The notes under the pieces are model-generated. The model did not search any database, was not told the DNA's origin, and saw nothing but the letters and a program-made list of their open reading frames with translations. Shown here piece after piece: positions 45,088-46,142 of a stretch of 46,142 nucleotides of DNA; the first letter of the stretch is position 1; every line of letters begins with the position of its first letter. The DNA comes from a virus (taxonomy: Duplodnaviria; Caudoviricetes). The position numbers and the translations under genes are program-made. The DNA is taken from IMG/VR virus record IMGVR_UViG_3300028585_000034, positions 1-46,142 of that record; one strand, written 5' to 3'.

Positions 45088-45391
45088 CGACTCAATACGG
45101 CCCCGGAACTTCAGGCGCAACATCATACTCGGCAGTATTCTGCTGATTGCCGCGGTGTTCTGCGTGGTGATGACGGTGATTTTTGCCTACGTCAGTAATC
45201 AGGCAAACCAACAGCTGGACAGTATTCGTAAGGATTATCGTGAAGCGGCTATGCGCCGCGAAGCCAAGGTCGATGCGGTATCTGAACAGGTAAAGCAATT
45301 ACAGCACAAACTGGATGTGCTGCCGAACCGGACGGCGGACATGACGGCAGATAAAGTCAAGTCGGTGGTTAAGGAAGAAAACGCCCGTTAA
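45074..45391 (+). CDS. Single-TM coiled-coil protein
   Basis: Overlaps the upstream gene; IILGSILLIAAVFCVVMTVIFAYV TM. Confidence 0.7.
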   Translation: MTTVNDSIRPRNFRRNIILGSILLIAAVFCVVMTVIFAYVSNQANQQLDSIRKDYREAAMRREAKVDAVSEQVKQLQHKLDVLPNRTADMTADKVKSVVKEENAR

Positions 45392-45522
45392 GCACCTTGG
45401 CAGTGGCGTTTATGTTGTCACTGCCTGTTTTACCCCCCAAGGAATTAGCCATGAATGTTACCCCTTTAATCTGGAGCGCTTTTAACGCGCTGCTTTTCTT
45501 TAAAAAGACGCAGGAGTCTACT

Positions 45523-46142
45523 ATGTCCGATATCAATGCAGTTACCCCAAATACCGCCGCAAACCCTGAGCAAAATCTGGTCGATTCGGCAGCGGTACAA
45601 AGTGCGCAACCCGCCGCGACAGCGGCAGAAACGCCCACTGAGGCCAGCCCACGCGACCCGATGTTTGATGCTCCGCCCGCGCGTACGATTGACGCTGTCG
45701 AAGAGGCGTCAACCGCCGCACCGGCGGCCACCGCGCCAGCCGAAAAAGCTACCGATGCCGCCGATGCCGTCAGCGCCGCACCGCTGGAAGCCACACCAGC
45801 CGCGCCGAAAGCGGTAACCGCTGCGCCAGTAGATGTTGCCGCTGAGCCAGCCGCACCTAATGCTGATGCTGCGCCCGCTGAACCGGCCGATGTCGTCGCA
45901 ACTGCCAGCGCCGCGCCGGAAGCGGTAACCGCTGCGCCGGTCGATGTTGCCGCTGAGCCAGCCGCGTCCAATGCTGATGCTGCGCCCGCTGAACCGGCCG
46001 ATGTCGCCGCAACCACCAGCGCCGCGCCAGAAGCGGTAACCGCTGCGCCAGCCGATGTTGCCGCTGAGCCAGCCGCGCCTAATGCTGATGCTGCGCCCGC
46101 TGAACCGGCCGATGTCGCCGCAACCCCTAGCGCCGCACCCGC
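45523..46142 (+). CDS. Ala/Pro/acidic low-complexity repeat protein (partial, runs off the window)
   Basis: AGGAG then MSDINAVTPNTAANPEQ...; frame open to the window end. Confidence 0.8.
   Translation, partial: MSDINAVTPNTAANPEQNLVDSAAVQSAQPAATAAETPTEASPRDPMFDAPPARTIDAVEEASTAAPAATAPAEKATDAADAVSAAPLEATPAAPKAVTAAPVDVAAEPAAPNADAAPAEPADVVATASAAPEAVTAAPVDVAAEPAASNADAAPAEPADVAATTSAAPEAVTAAPADVAAEPAAPNADAAPAEPADVAATPSAAP
45799..46142 (+). repeat. 111-bp (37-aa) in-frame tandem repeat
   Basis: Units start at 45799, 45910, 46021, 46132 (AAPEAVTAAPVDVAAEPAAPNADAAPAEPADVAATTS). Confidence 0.9.

Noticed and set aside
45369-46016. 215-aa Ala-rich minus-strand ORF
   Set aside because: Antisense shadow of the + strand repeat protein starting at 45523, which has a clear RBS
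45799-46142. Tandem repeats as a CRISPR array
   Set aside because: In-frame 111-bp coding repeats with no unique spacers and no cas genes

Overview
Erwiniaceae-like (probably Pantoea-type) chromosomal window in two parts. (1) Positions 1-~31,280 are the right half of an apparently intact lambdoid siphovirus prophage: end of Rz, a ~5 kb moron-rich zone holding two truncated fossil small-terminase genes, TerS/TerL, portal, head and tail genes, an immI-like Arc/antirepressor insert, tape measure, lambda M/L/K/I/J-type tail tip, an S74-chaperone tail fibre, a LexA-box gene and a probable attR. (2) Positions ~31,290-46,142 are host-like DNA (queH, yoaK, iraP-like) with two stripped-down phage-derived regulatory modules. 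Module A (~32.0-39.5 kb, bracketed by a 35-bp direct repeat) has an apparently non-cleavable CI-like repressor with OL/OR operators, a 53-aa N-like antiterminator with nut sites and a LexA box. Its pR runs directly into pinholin, SAR endolysin and spanins, followed by an AmsF/WceF-like putative EPS depolymerase and a colicin-M-like bacteriocin with its immunity gene. Module B (~40.5 kb to the end) has a P22 c2-like repressor that has lost its catalytic serine. Its 18-bp operator occurs at its own OR/OL and also upstream of two dispersed GhoS/DUF2622-like genes; its pR carries a nut site and reads into membrane coiled-coil proteins and an Ala/Pro repeat protein. All family calls are by visual motif recognition; no searches were run.
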